IMG/VR virus record: IMGVR_UViG_3300025022_000018
Location: 1 to 24,059 of that record
DNA length: 24,059 nucleotides
DNA from: a virus
Taxonomy: Duplodnaviria; Caudoviricetes
Reading direction: 5' to 3' (one strand)
The stretch's first letter is position 1, and every line of letters begins with the position of its first letter. Below, one piece after another: positions 16,530 through 24,059 of the stretch. Position numbers and translations under genes: made by a program. The notes beneath the pieces are model-generated. The model did no database searches and was not told where the DNA came from. It was given only the letters and a program-made list of their open reading frames with translations.

Positions 16530-17156
16530 ATGTTGCAAGGCCAAAAAGTTGAAATTAAAGTTGGAGGTAATTTTGATCCCGTCCCGATGGATCGTTATAC
16601 GGTCCAGATAGCGGATGTTAACCTCGTTAAGCAGTTCAATCAGTTTGTTGGCAAAGAGGTAGATGTCCTCAATTACAAGTTTGTAATATTGGACGATAAA
16701 CCCATGCCAACAAAAGAAGGGCAGGAAGCCGCGACTACGAGAAGTCGTCTTTTGTGGAGACGCTGCAGTCTCGCTCTTAATCAGAAAAGCTGGTTGGGAA
16801 AATTGGCAAAAGCCGTCATCGGACGAGATATGACCAAGGAGGAACAAGAAAACTTTGATCCTGAGTCTCCAGTGGGCGCACAAGTAGACGTTATGGTCGA
16901 ACAGACAGAGAGTAAGGATGGGAATCAAATCTTTAATAATATTGTAGCTTTTAACAAAACGGTTAAAAAACTAGAGGGGTTTGTTGACCTTCCCCAGGGA
17001 GAACAAAAAGTGGTCGAAAAGACAACCGTCCCAGTGAACGCACCAACGGAAACGGAAGATCCAGACGCCTTCATAAAGGGTTTGGAAGAGGACAGAGCAA
17101 AAGCAAAGAAATTAGAAGCGGATCAGGTAAGGGAAAATCAAGAACCGGCAAACTAA
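16530..17156 (+). CDS. Probable phage ssDNA-binding protein (DUF669-like OB fold)
   Basis: F.PVP...Y.V.I.DV N-terminus, NNI motif, acidic tail; RBS GGAGGTG; next to an exonuclease gene. Confidence 0.65.
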   Translation: MLQGQKVEIKVGGNFDPVPMDRYTVQIADVNLVKQFNQFVGKEVDVLNYKFVILDDKPMPTKEGQEAATTRSRLLWRRCSLALNQKSWLGKLAKAVIGRDMTKEEQENFDPESPVGAQVDVMVEQTESKDGNQIFNNIVAFNKTVKKLEGFVDLPQGEQKVVEKTTVPVNAPTETEDPDAFIKGLEEDRAKAKKLEADQVRENQEPAN

Positions 17157-17209
17157 TTATTTTTTGCTAACTGGGGGTTGGGCAGGAATCCCCCAGTAAG
17201 GAGAAAATA

Positions 17210-17407
17210 ATGATACCAAATTTTGATCCGGAAACATATTACGACAAAAAAGAAGTACCCGAGTTTGAGAACAAGCCTCGTAAGTTTAATTGGCTGTACT
17301 TTGAATACTGGGCAACCAAGAAAACGAACGAGTTGGGGCAACCCAAGGATTGGGTAGAGTTTACGTTGGACGTGATACAGAAGAAGGTAGAAAATGAAAA
17401 ATACTGA
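17210..17407 (+). CDS. Hypothetical protein
   Basis: RBS AAGGAG, preceded by the hairpin ACTGGGGG/CCCCCAGT (17170-17198). Confidence 0.65.
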   Translation: MIPNFDPETYYDKKEVPEFENKPRKFNWLYFEYWATKKTNELGQPKDWVEFTLDVIQKKVENEKY

Positions 17408-17528
17408 AAAAAGATTTTATGCTTTGTGGACGAGAGAAGAAATGATTGAAGAATTATGTCGCTTTAATATCCTTTTAAAAAATATGGATTTAACGATTGA
17501 GAAAGTAATAAAGAAAATAAAAAAATGA
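17394..17528 (+). CDS. 44-aa hypothetical protein (not in the ORF track)
   Basis: MKNTEKRFYALWTREEM...; ATGA-coupled to the exonuclease. Confidence 0.55.
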   Translation: MKNTEKRFYALWTREEMIEELCRFNILLKNMDLTIEKVIKKIKK

Positions 17529-18283
17529 AAATACGCAACAAACTATATAACGGAGAAACAGAAGTAATGTTCGAGTCTTTCCGGCATCAATATTTTGATA
17601 AAAACGGAGAGATTCCTTCGGTTACGACTATTCTTTCCATAATTGGGAAACCTGCCCTTATTTCGTGGGCGGCTAATACTGCGATTGACTACGTTAGTCA
17701 ACAGATCGAGCCGGGGAAGTCGTACGATGAGTTAGAATTGCAGGCTGTCTGGGAAGGTGGTAAACGAGCGCATTATCAGAAAAAGACAGACGCGGGGACA
17801 GTGGGTATGTTTTTACATAAATTTATAGAGCAATATATCAAGGGTGAAAATCCAGCCGCGCCGGTGAACGAAGGGTTAAGAGATTCTGTTGGTCTATTTT
17901 TGGCTTGGGTAGAAAAACATCAAGTTAAATTTCTTCTGTCAGAACAGATGGTCATGTCCCGCAAATACCATTTTGTCGGGACGCTGGATTTTGTCTGTAC
18001 CATAGACGGCAAAATGTATCTGGGAGATTTGAAAACTTCGAGCGGGATATATCCGGAGATGTTTTTACAGACTGCCGCCTATCGCCTTGCCCGAACGGAA
18101 GAGTATCCGGAAGAAGATTATGCCGGACAACTAATTATTCGTATTGGGAAAGAGGGAGACTTTGAAGTGGCTATCGTCCGCGATGACGTTGCTTATAGAT
18201 CAATGCTTGTTGGCTTTATCGCCGCTCTTAAACTTTACGAAACCATGAAGAGCCTCAAAAAATATACTCCGAAAAAAGAGTGA
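17525..18283 (+). CDS. PD-(D/E)XK exonuclease (Cas4/RecB-like phage nuclease)
   Basis: PSVTTIL, G..LH, E, GTLD, DLKT, Q.AAY. Confidence 0.9.
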   Translation: MKIRNKLYNGETEVMFESFRHQYFDKNGEIPSVTTILSIIGKPALISWAANTAIDYVSQQIEPGKSYDELELQAVWEGGKRAHYQKKTDAGTVGMFLHKFIEQYIKGENPAAPVNEGLRDSVGLFLAWVEKHQVKFLLSEQMVMSRKYHFVGTLDFVCTIDGKMYLGDLKTSSGIYPEMFLQTAAYRLARTEEYPEEDYAGQLIIRIGKEGDFEVAIVRDDVAYRSMLVGFIAALKLYETMKSLKKYTPKKE

Positions 18284-18362
18284 ACTACCATTATGCTAAA
18301 GACAAAATGGCTTCTCGTTTCATAGACTTGACTAATGTCAACGCCTCACCGAGTTTTTGTTT
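18280..18362 (-). ncRNA. 3' part of a split TnpB-type omegaRNA scaffold
   Basis: CTCGGTGAGGC-GTTGACATTAGTCAA-GTCTATGAAACGAGAAG, then the right-end hairpin and GTTCAC. Confidence 0.65.
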
Positions 18363-18367
18363 CCGTT

Positions 18368-19006
18368 TTATATTATTTCCCAACCTTTATGAATATTTCT
18401 TTCACCTCTGCATAATAAGGCAATACATTTACTATCAAGATTAAATTCTTTTCTCAATTCATATTTAGTGCAAATTTTAGTCCCAAATTCTTTATGTTTA
18501 AATTGATAAATATCAGTATCGTATTGTGGATTATTTTCTCCATTCATTTTACCAATCATTGATTTTCTTATTTTATTTTTTGTTTTTTCTGAATGTGTTT
18601 GTCCAAATCTTGGTGATAGTTTACCAGTATTTCCATAATTAGGATGATTTTTTCCTGATATTTTTTCGGAAAATTCAGGTCTCTTTTTACCAAACAAAGG
18701 ATGGTTTTCACCAGAACCTACCCCATTTCCACCAATAGACCTATTATAACCAAGGTTAGGGTCTATTGAATTATATTTTGCTATTAATTCAATTTCTTGT
18801 TTATTCAACTCTTGCCAATTATTACATTCAGCTATTTGTTCAAAGACAAAGTTTTTAAACCCATATTTTTGTATTGCTAAATGAAATGTCATAGCAGACG
18901 TTTTTGAACGCCTTTTATGTTCAGACATCCTCTGTTTTAAAGATGTTGTTGTTTTACCAATGTAAATCTTACCATTAATCTTATTTGTCGCTTTGTATAT
19001 TATCAT
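18368..19006 (-). CDS. GIY-YIG homing-type endonuclease with NUMOD3-like repeats
   Basis: IIYKATN.INGKIYIG, R..EH, E, GYN...GG; NHP.FGK and HSEKTK.KI repeats; terminal H.GW. Start taken as MIIYK (19006). Visibly lower GC than its flanks. Confidence 0.93.
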   Translation of the reverse strand: MIIYKATNKINGKIYIGKTTTSLKQRMSEHKRRSKTSAMTFHLAIQKYGFKNFVFEQIAECNNWQELNKQEIELIAKYNSIDPNLGYNRSIGGNGVGSGENHPLFGKKRPEFSEKISGKNHPNYGNTGKLSPRFGQTHSEKTKNKIRKSMIGKMNGENNPQYDTDIYQFKHKEFGTKICTKYELRKEFNLDSKCIALLCRGERNIHKGWEII

Positions 19007-19011
19007 ATCCC

Positions 19012-19045
19012 TGTTTAATGTCCGATTGCGTCCCAAAACCAGACA
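19012..19045 (-). ncRNA. 5' stem-loop of the split omegaRNA scaffold
   Basis: TGTCTGGTT-TTGGGACGC-AATCGGACA-TTAAACA. The loop GGAC can pair with the terminal GTTC. A TG-T-TATAAC -10 lies at 19059-19051. Confidence 0.6.
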
Positions 19046-19123
19046 ATTTAGTTATAACATACAGGGCTAATTCATCTCAACTGCTAAAGACAGTTGAGTT
19101 TTCTTAGCCAACCTTTATAAAAA

Positions 19124-19156
19124 GAGCGCACTCTTCAAAAATCAAAGAATGCGCTC
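19124..19156. terminator. Hairpin between convergent operons
   Basis: GAGCGCA...TGCGCTC with an inner CTCTT/AAGAA pairing; T-tract on the minus strand. Confidence 0.6.
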
Positions 19157-19162
19157 ATATTA

Positions 19163-19951
19163 CTAATACCACTTAATTTCTTCCGGCTGGAATCTGACAA
19201 TAGAATCGCGATTGATCCTAGCAGTAACCAACCAGCAAGAACATGATGGCATAAGCCCCGCCGCTTTCAACCAAAGGGTTTGCTTCTCAAAGCACCCAAC
19301 CTGTAGAGCAAAGACATTTCGGTAGTCCATGTAATATGAGACGTGGAAATGTCCGCTTGCGAGGATACTTGGTTTGCTTCCGCCTTCCATAGAGGCAATC
19401 CGACGTTGTAGTTTGTATGAAAGGGCGTAGCTGCCTCCGCCAAGTGGATGAACAAGCATTAAGGTTATGCCTTGGGCAATTTCGACGGTTGCTTCAATCT
19501 GATCGAGATACACCAAATCCTGTCGCTTAGCTGCGATGTAAAGACCGATGTCTGCTCCGTTTTGCTTCAGGTAACTAAGGCAATGGTTTCCAGTGATGAA
19601 GTAAGTGGTAATGCCTGGAATCAGGGGATACTTCTCACAAAAGTAATCGCCTTGATTGACCATGCCCCACACCTTCAGCTCGTTTTCTTGCCCAGAATAC
19701 ACTTTTGAGCCTGCAACCAAGTCTCCACAATGATACACGACGCTGATTCCTTCTCTGGCAAAGATCTTGTAAGCCTCTACCACCTCTTCGACCCGCTCCT
19801 TCGTGCTTCCCATGTGGGTATCACTTACCAATCCGAATCTCAACTCATTGCCTTTAAAAAGCGACTTGTGATCAAAGACTTGGCTTGTTGAATACCCCGT
19901 TGACTTGGGTTGCTTGGAGATGTGCAGTTCTCCGTTCGGTAAGTAAATCAT
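19163..19951 (-). CDS. Calcineurin-like metallophosphoesterase
   Basis: SDTH, HCGD, GNH, HP and GHFH motifs. Confidence 0.92.
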   Translation of the reverse strand: MIYLPNGELHISKQPKSTGYSTSQVFDHKSLFKGNELRFGLVSDTHMGSTKERVEEVVEAYKIFAREGISVVYHCGDLVAGSKVYSGQENELKVWGMVNQGDYFCEKYPLIPGITTYFITGNHCLSYLKQNGADIGLYIAAKRQDLVYLDQIEATVEIAQGITLMLVHPLGGGSYALSYKLQRRIASMEGGSKPSILASGHFHVSYYMDYRNVFALQVGCFEKQTLWLKAAGLMPSCSCWLVTARINRDSIVRFQPEEIKWY

Positions 19952-20244
19952 TCTACATTCTCCCTTGACCTGAATCCTAACTCGCCCTTGTTGTATGATT
20001 CATAGCAAAAGCTGTCGTCCTCCAAGAAGTAGCGAACTCCCATTCCCTCGACCTCCGCAATCCAAGCGCCCCGTTCGATCTTGTTACACTCGTCAATCTT
20101 GACTTGGAGTTTACGGCACTTGATTTGAAGGGCAAGAATTTGGTTGGAGTAGTCGCCAATCTGCTCGTTGGAAGTGTTCTTTTGTATCTCAAGGTGCAGT
20201 ATCCAGCTACCCCGTGTCATGTATGTTTTTACCTTGTCACTCAT
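19948..20244 (-). CDS. Hypothetical protein
   Basis: ATGA overlaps at both ends; RBS AGGAG. Confidence 0.7.
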   Translation of the reverse strand: MSDKVKTYMTRGSWILHLEIQKNTSNEQIGDYSNQILALQIKCRKLQVKIDECNKIERGAWIAEVEGMGVRYFLEDDSFCYESYNKGELGFRSRENVE

Positions 20245-20411
20245 CTCCTTCTCCTTATGTATTCTTTTAAATCCCAGAAGCGGGTGGTTATGTAGGATTT
20301 ACAGTTCCCTGGAACCTTCTTGAGTTTGCACCTTGTCATTGGAAAACTGACACCAGGTAACAAGGTGAACTTCTCCTTCTTGCCGTGCCGACATTTGTCA
20401 CAGTTAATCAT
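20241..20411 (-). CDS. 56-aa four-Cys protein (not in the ORF track)
   Basis: MINCDKCRH...C...C; ATGA overlaps at both ends. Confidence 0.7.
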   Translation of the reverse strand: MINCDKCRHGKKEKFTLLPGVSFPMTRCKLKKVPGNCKSYITTRFWDLKEYIRRRR

Positions 20412-20599
20412 TTCAGTCCCTCCCCTTTATAAACTATCCTCTTGCTTACATTGACAAAACGACTCCACGATTCGAATAGTTTTTGTTTTTCTTTCAGGCA
20501 AGAAGGACAGCCGCACTTGGATAACCTTGTCATCTCTTTACAAGCTGAATCAGCCGCACCGTACATCGCTCTCATGGAAACACGAATAATCCAGTCCAT
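20408..20599 (-). CDS. Hypothetical Cys-containing protein
   Basis: RBS AAGGAGG; CGCPSC motif. Confidence 0.7.
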   Translation of the reverse strand: MDWIIRVSMRAMYGAADSACKEMTRLSKCGCPSCLKEKQKLFESWSRFVNVSKRIVYKGEGLK

Positions 20600-20807
20600 A
20601 TATTCCTCCTTTGGCCTAAGCCATTATTTTAAAGAGCAATTTATATATTTGGTATTCATTTTGTTACGCTAATTAGACACGTATGATATACTATAAGTAG
20701 AAAAAGACGAGGACACCACTTTCCTGATCCAAAAGAAGTTATTGATTTATTCAAACTAAGCCCCGTCTTTTTTGTTTACATTTTCCTAGCTAATGTAAAT
20801 TAAGTTG

Positions 20808-20993
20808 TTACTTTGTTTCTTTTCCCTTTTTCAATTCATTAAGAAAGTAAAGTAGAATATTTATTACTGGTGAATATTGTAAAAATTCTGGTTTACCCGA
20901 AGCCCATGTCAAAATTGCCCCAAGACCCGCTGAGACAAATACCCACAATGCCACTCCCCAAGTTTCTTTTGATACTGTTTTTAATTTATCCAT
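20808..20993 (-). CDS. Two-TM holin-like protein
   Basis: Two hydrophobic segments, basic C-terminus, RBS AAGGAGG; lies in the lysis cassette. Confidence 0.7.
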   Translation of the reverse strand: MDKLKTVSKETWGVALWVFVSAGLGAILTWASGKPEFLQYSPVINILLYFLNELKKGKETK

Positions 20994-21126
20994 TATCTTT
21001 CGCCTCCTTTTTATAAGTCAATTCAATTCGTTTCGCCCCAACGAACCATTTAGCAAAACCAATAAGCCAATTTCCAATAGCGATCTTTAGTCCGTAATCT
21101 TTTGTCTAATTTAAAAATTCTGTCAT
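20986..21126 (-). pseudogene. Small gene with an internal TAG
   Basis: MTEFLN*TKDYGLKIAIGNWLIGFAKWFVG...; ATGA-coupled; stop at 21108-21106. Confidence 0.45.
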
Positions 21127-21458
21127 TTTTCCACCTTCTTTCTAAACATTCCCTTTATGTAATCAACCAATCCGTTCTTAGTTATAATCATTGTTTTCTT
21201 GGTTTTTATTTCTTTAGATAAATTTTTCATATCTTTAGTTACTGGTTTCAAACTATCTTCTACCTCTCGACCAACATCGCTTTTTATGGCGGTCATTTCT
21301 TTTCTAAGTTGCTTCACCTCTTCAGTCAAAGTCGCCATTTGAACCCTAAAGTCCGCTAATTCATGGCGGTCTCTCGTAAGATCACCGTCAAGTCGGGCTA
21401 TATCAGAACTAATATTTCTTATTTCTTCAACAATCACTTTGTATTGATTGGTTTCCAT
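21123..21458 (-). CDS. Coiled-coil protein in the lysis cassette
   Basis: Heptad-like sequence; start taken as METNQY, just after the amidase stop. Confidence 0.65.
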   Translation of the reverse strand: METNQYKVIVEEIRNISSDIARLDGDLTRDRHELADFRVQMATLTEEVKQLRKEMTAIKSDVGREVEDSLKPVTKDMKNLSKEIKTKKTMIITKNGLVDYIKGMFRKKVEK

Positions 21459-21466
21459 ATTTGCTA

Positions 21467-22204
21467 CTATGCCAGTAGCTTTTTGAGATTGTTTATCTTT
21501 GTCCACCAAAAACCTTTTCCGAAAACTATTCCCCTGACTGTCTGCAATGTTTTTTCTGCTTGGCAGGGTTCGCTTGACACGACAGGTGGGGTTATAACTG
21601 GCGGGGTGGGTGTTTCTACTGGTGGTGTTACAACGGGTGGTTCTGGTGGCTTAGGTAGGTCGTAGGTTACGCCAAATGCTTGACAGATACCTCTGGTTAA
21701 AGCTTCCACTACTCGTGGTCGGTCAAAGTGTAATATTTGCCAATCATCCGGGACGTGCATTCCAACCCCGCACTCAATCAGTACACAAGGAGTCTTGGAT
21801 GAAAGTGTCTTCCAAACATAATAATACCTAGTGTTAGAATTTGATCTTTCGGGATGGTTAACTATTCCAGTAACCTTCCCATATTTATCGGAAAGAACTT
21901 TTGTTATTCTCTGGCTCTCTTTAGTTGCTCCGTCGGTAGAAGGTTCGGGATAGTCAACAAAATATCCACCTTTTCCATAGATGTCTGCATCGTAGTGAAT
22001 TGCCAAAAACATATCCCAATCTTTAGAAGTAATTGATTGATCTTTGTCAGCGTTAGCGTCTGTTTGTTGAACCAAGAAGCCTCGCTTGCGAAGTTCGCTC
22101 GATACAGTATTCGCAATGTCTAAATTAAAAGACATTTCGTTCGGGGCACCCGTTGCCCCCGTTGTAGTATTAACATGACCGGCCTGAATTACAATTTGTT
22201 TCAT
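21467..22204 (-). CDS. Endolysin, N-acetylmuramoyl-L-alanine amidase (Amidase_3)
   Basis: Zinc and catalytic residues AGH, NE, AIHYD, LIECG; Pro-rich linker. Confidence 0.92.
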   Translation of the reverse strand: MKQIVIQAGHVNTTTGATGAPNEMSFNLDIANTVSSELRKRGFLVQQTDANADKDQSITSKDWDMFLAIHYDADIYGKGGYFVDYPEPSTDGATKESQRITKVLSDKYGKVTGIVNHPERSNSNTRYYYVWKTLSSKTPCVLIECGVGMHVPDDWQILHFDRPRVVEALTRGICQAFGVTYDLPKPPEPPVVTPPVETPTPPVITPPVVSSEPCQAEKTLQTVRGIVFGKGFWWTKINNLKKLLA

Positions 22205-22444
22205 CTATTTTTTGTTCTTTTTGATAATGATGCAAAGTTCTTTAAGAGTAACCGCCATTTTGTTGTAAATCTGGTTATTCTTTTCAATGACTCTCGTAGA
22301 ATGGTCAAGGTGGTTATTTATGGTTGTATTAAATTCTTCGTAAATTTTGTTGTTGGTTTTGTCTTTTTGCATTAAATACCAAATAAAGACAACTACCGTT
22401 GCCAGTGTACCTCCTAATTGTGCTAATCCTTCTAAACTTTCCAT
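22205..22444 (-). CDS. Holin-like protein (single N-terminal TM, BhlA-like layout)
   Basis: TM segment LGGTLATVVVFIWYL followed by a coiled coil; abuts the endolysin gene. Confidence 0.65.
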   Translation of the reverse strand: MESLEGLAQLGGTLATVVVFIWYLMQKDKTNNKIYEEFNTTINNHLDHSTRVIEKNNQIYNKMAVTLKELCIIIKKNKK

Positions 22445-22503
22445 ATTATAAAAACTTAATCAGTAAACTTGTTATGCTAATAATTATGCCCAAAGGTATA
22501 GGT

Positions 22504-23559
22504 TTAGTAAGCATAATCACAGGTTATTGAAAAAGCGACACTATTTGCGATTGCCGTAGTTCCGTCATACTTATAAAAATATCCATTTCCATCAGTATAT
22601 GCCCATCCAGCTAAGGTAAAGTTCCCCGAACTACGAACTCCGTTTATTACCACAGAAGTATCGGATGGGACAACTGGAAAACTTAATTGTGTTCTACCAG
22701 ACCCGCCCGATGTGGCATCATAAGTAGCATTTACTGCCACATGGCAATAACCACCTGTTATATAAAATCTCGCAAAAGCAAGGGTTGGGTTATTGGTAAA
22801 CGCTCCCCCCTCTGATGTCCAAGTAGGTGTCCATGTAAAATAAGCAGGAAATCCATTCGGGTTTTCTATGTGAGAGTAATAGTTAGCTGAAATTGCTGCA
22901 TTCGTAACCACCACCGCCCCATTACCAACAACAGTAAGAACCGTATCGGTCACTCCAATAACATAGAAATACTTGACTGTTGTTTGTGTAAGTTTTAACT
23001 TGTCGCCCTTGGCATATTTAGCAGTTGCACCCGTTGGAACTGTAATAGTGGTGGCCGAGGCATAAGCCCAAGTTTCATTGGCCGAAATCCAACCATCAAC
23101 TATTCCCTGTAAAATTGGTGAAGTTAATGTTTTGTTGGTTAGGGTTTGGGCAGTTACTAAATCAACCACCTTAGTGGTATCGTGTACCCCAGTTGAAGAA
23201 TGCTCGGCTAAAATCGCAGTTCGTGGATAATAAGAAGAATGCACCCAAACCTCAAAAGTATCTCCTTTTGCGTGGGCTTGAGCGCCGGCGTAAGAACCTG
23301 CGATCCCTCTATCGCCGGTGTCGGTTAAAATAATAATATTTGTTCCCAACCCCGTCCAGTGGACAAACTCAATCGTGGTTGCGTCCGGTGTTCCGTCTAT
23401 TTTCTTTTTAAAGATAACCCCAACACCCTCTGTACCTAATCCTGTGATGCTATCTAAGTTAACAGATATAGCACTAACGGAAATATCCGTTGAAAGCGTT
23501 GTTGAAAAATTATCCGGAACCGCTGATAAAATTGGTGTGATTGTTGAAATGCTAATCAA
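22504..23559 (-). CDS. Tail fibre / receptor-binding-like virion protein
   Basis: T/G/A/S-rich beta sequence, QTLTNKTLTSP, WTPTWT C-terminal module; precedes the lysis genes. Confidence 0.7.
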   Translation of the reverse strand: MISISTITPILSAVPDNFSTTLSTDISVSAISVNLDSITGLGTEGVGVIFKKKIDGTPDATTIEFVHWTGLGTNIIILTDTGDRGIAGSYAGAQAHAKGDTFEVWVHSSYYPRTAILAEHSSTGVHDTTKVVDLVTAQTLTNKTLTSPILQGIVDGWISANETWAYASATTITVPTGATAKYAKGDKLKLTQTTVKYFYVIGVTDTVLTVVGNGAVVVTNAAISANYYSHIENPNGFPAYFTWTPTWTSEGGAFTNNPTLAFARFYITGGYCHVAVNATYDATSGGSGRTQLSFPVVPSDTSVVINGVRSSGNFTLAGWAYTDGNGYFYKYDGTTAIANSVAFSITCDYAY

Positions 23560-23641
23560 CCCCCTTTCTGTAAAGATAAGGAAAACTAATAATTTTCTTA
23601 TCTAATAAAATTTGACAATTAAAATTTCTCATATTTTCCAC

Positions 23642-23673
23642 AAAAAAAGGACACCTAAAAATTAAGGTGTCCT
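23642..23673 (-). terminator. Intrinsic terminator upstream of the fibre gene
   Basis: AGGACACCT/AGGTGTCCT stem running into a T7 tract on the minus strand. Confidence 0.8.
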
Positions 23674-23695
23674 CACAAAGTTCTTTTGTCGAGAA

Positions 23696-24059
23696 CTATT
23701 TATACTGTTCTATCCTAACTCCCTGTATTTTAGCACTTTGTGTTTTAGATTTCAAGTTCGACAATTTATATTTAGTCAAATCTCCTCCCAGTTTGATCTT
23801 TTTAGCCTGAATTGTTTTAATATTGCTTAATTTAAATAATGTTGCCTTCTTTCCCCTTCCCGATACTTTAATTTTAGGTGTTCCGTTGATGATTTTCAAA
23901 TTCTTTAATTGTGTTTCTTCATCTTTACTGATTAATTGGTCATTATATAGCTGTGTTACTACTGCATCGGCCAAAACCATGCTTCCGTTTACTTCTTTTC
24001 TTTGTGAAGCAAGATAATTAAGCATTTGTCCACGATCTGACGTTCCCGCCATAATTCGA
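23696..24059 (-). CDS. 3' end of a gene entering from outside the window
   Basis: The frame is open to the window edge; basic C-terminus. Confidence 0.6.
   Translation of the reverse strand, partial: RIMAGTSDRGQMLNYLASQRKEVNGSMVLADAVVTQLYNDQLISKDEETQLKNLKIINGTPKIKVSGRGKKATLFKLSNIKTIQAKKIKLGGDLTKYKLSNLKSKTQSAKIQGVRIEQYK

Larger units (their letters stand above)
18280..19116 (-). mobile_element. IS200/IS605-derived element (left end, omegaRNA, right end) carrying GIY-YIG instead of TnpB; TAM TTTAT
   Basis: Left end GGCTAAG-AAAA-CTCAACTG-TCTTTAG-CAGTTGAG-ATGAATTAGCC; right end GAAG-CCATTTTG-TCTTTAG-CATAATGG-TAGTTCAC. Both parallel the ends of the tnpB element. Guides AAAA/TTAT and GAAG/TCAC obey the pairing rule. 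Excision restores GAA TAA. Confidence 0.85.

Noticed and set aside
17525-18283. CRISPR-associated Cas4
   Set aside because: No Fe-S cysteines, no array and no cas genes; it looks like a typical phage exonuclease.
18280-19116. Group I intron or IStron around the GIY-YIG gene
   Set aside because: The flanks are short and fully accounted for by IS ends and omegaRNA. No catalytic core was recognised, and the element is antisense to the gene it abuts.
12871-21126. Stop-codon reassignment
   Set aside because: The two internal stops differ (TAA and TAG), and long genes are intact in code 11, ending in TAA, TAG and TGA.

Overview
This window is part of an AT-rich tailed-phage or prophage genome. 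The host may be a CPR/Patescibacteria bacterium, but that is only an inference from one gene family. Minus strand, left half: small and large terminase, portal, scaffold, SU10/DUF5309-type major capsid, then a GT2-TPR-GT-B glycosyltransferase and a SAM methyltransferase. Middle: small early genes, a membrane-anchored muramidase-like gene, an RHH regulator, and a split CHC2 + Toprim/AAA primase-helicase. Next to the primase-helicase is a probable origin with a 51-bp palindrome, GATATG iterons and a perfect DnaA box. A divergent HTH / SSB-like / PD-(D/E)XK operon follows. Right: a metallophosphoesterase module, the lysis cassette and a tail-fibre-like gene. There are two IS200/IS605-type insertions. 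The first is a TnpB-only element at 44-1261 (TAM TTCAT). The second, at 18280-19116 on the minus strand (TAM TTTAT), is the most unusual feature. It has intact left and right ends and a TnpB-type omegaRNA scaffold but no TnpB; a GIY-YIG homing-type endonuclease ORF is inserted in the middle of the omegaRNA. Both elements sit exactly in a phage-gene stop codon and rebuild it with their right end. All calls come from reading the sequence by eye; no searches were run.
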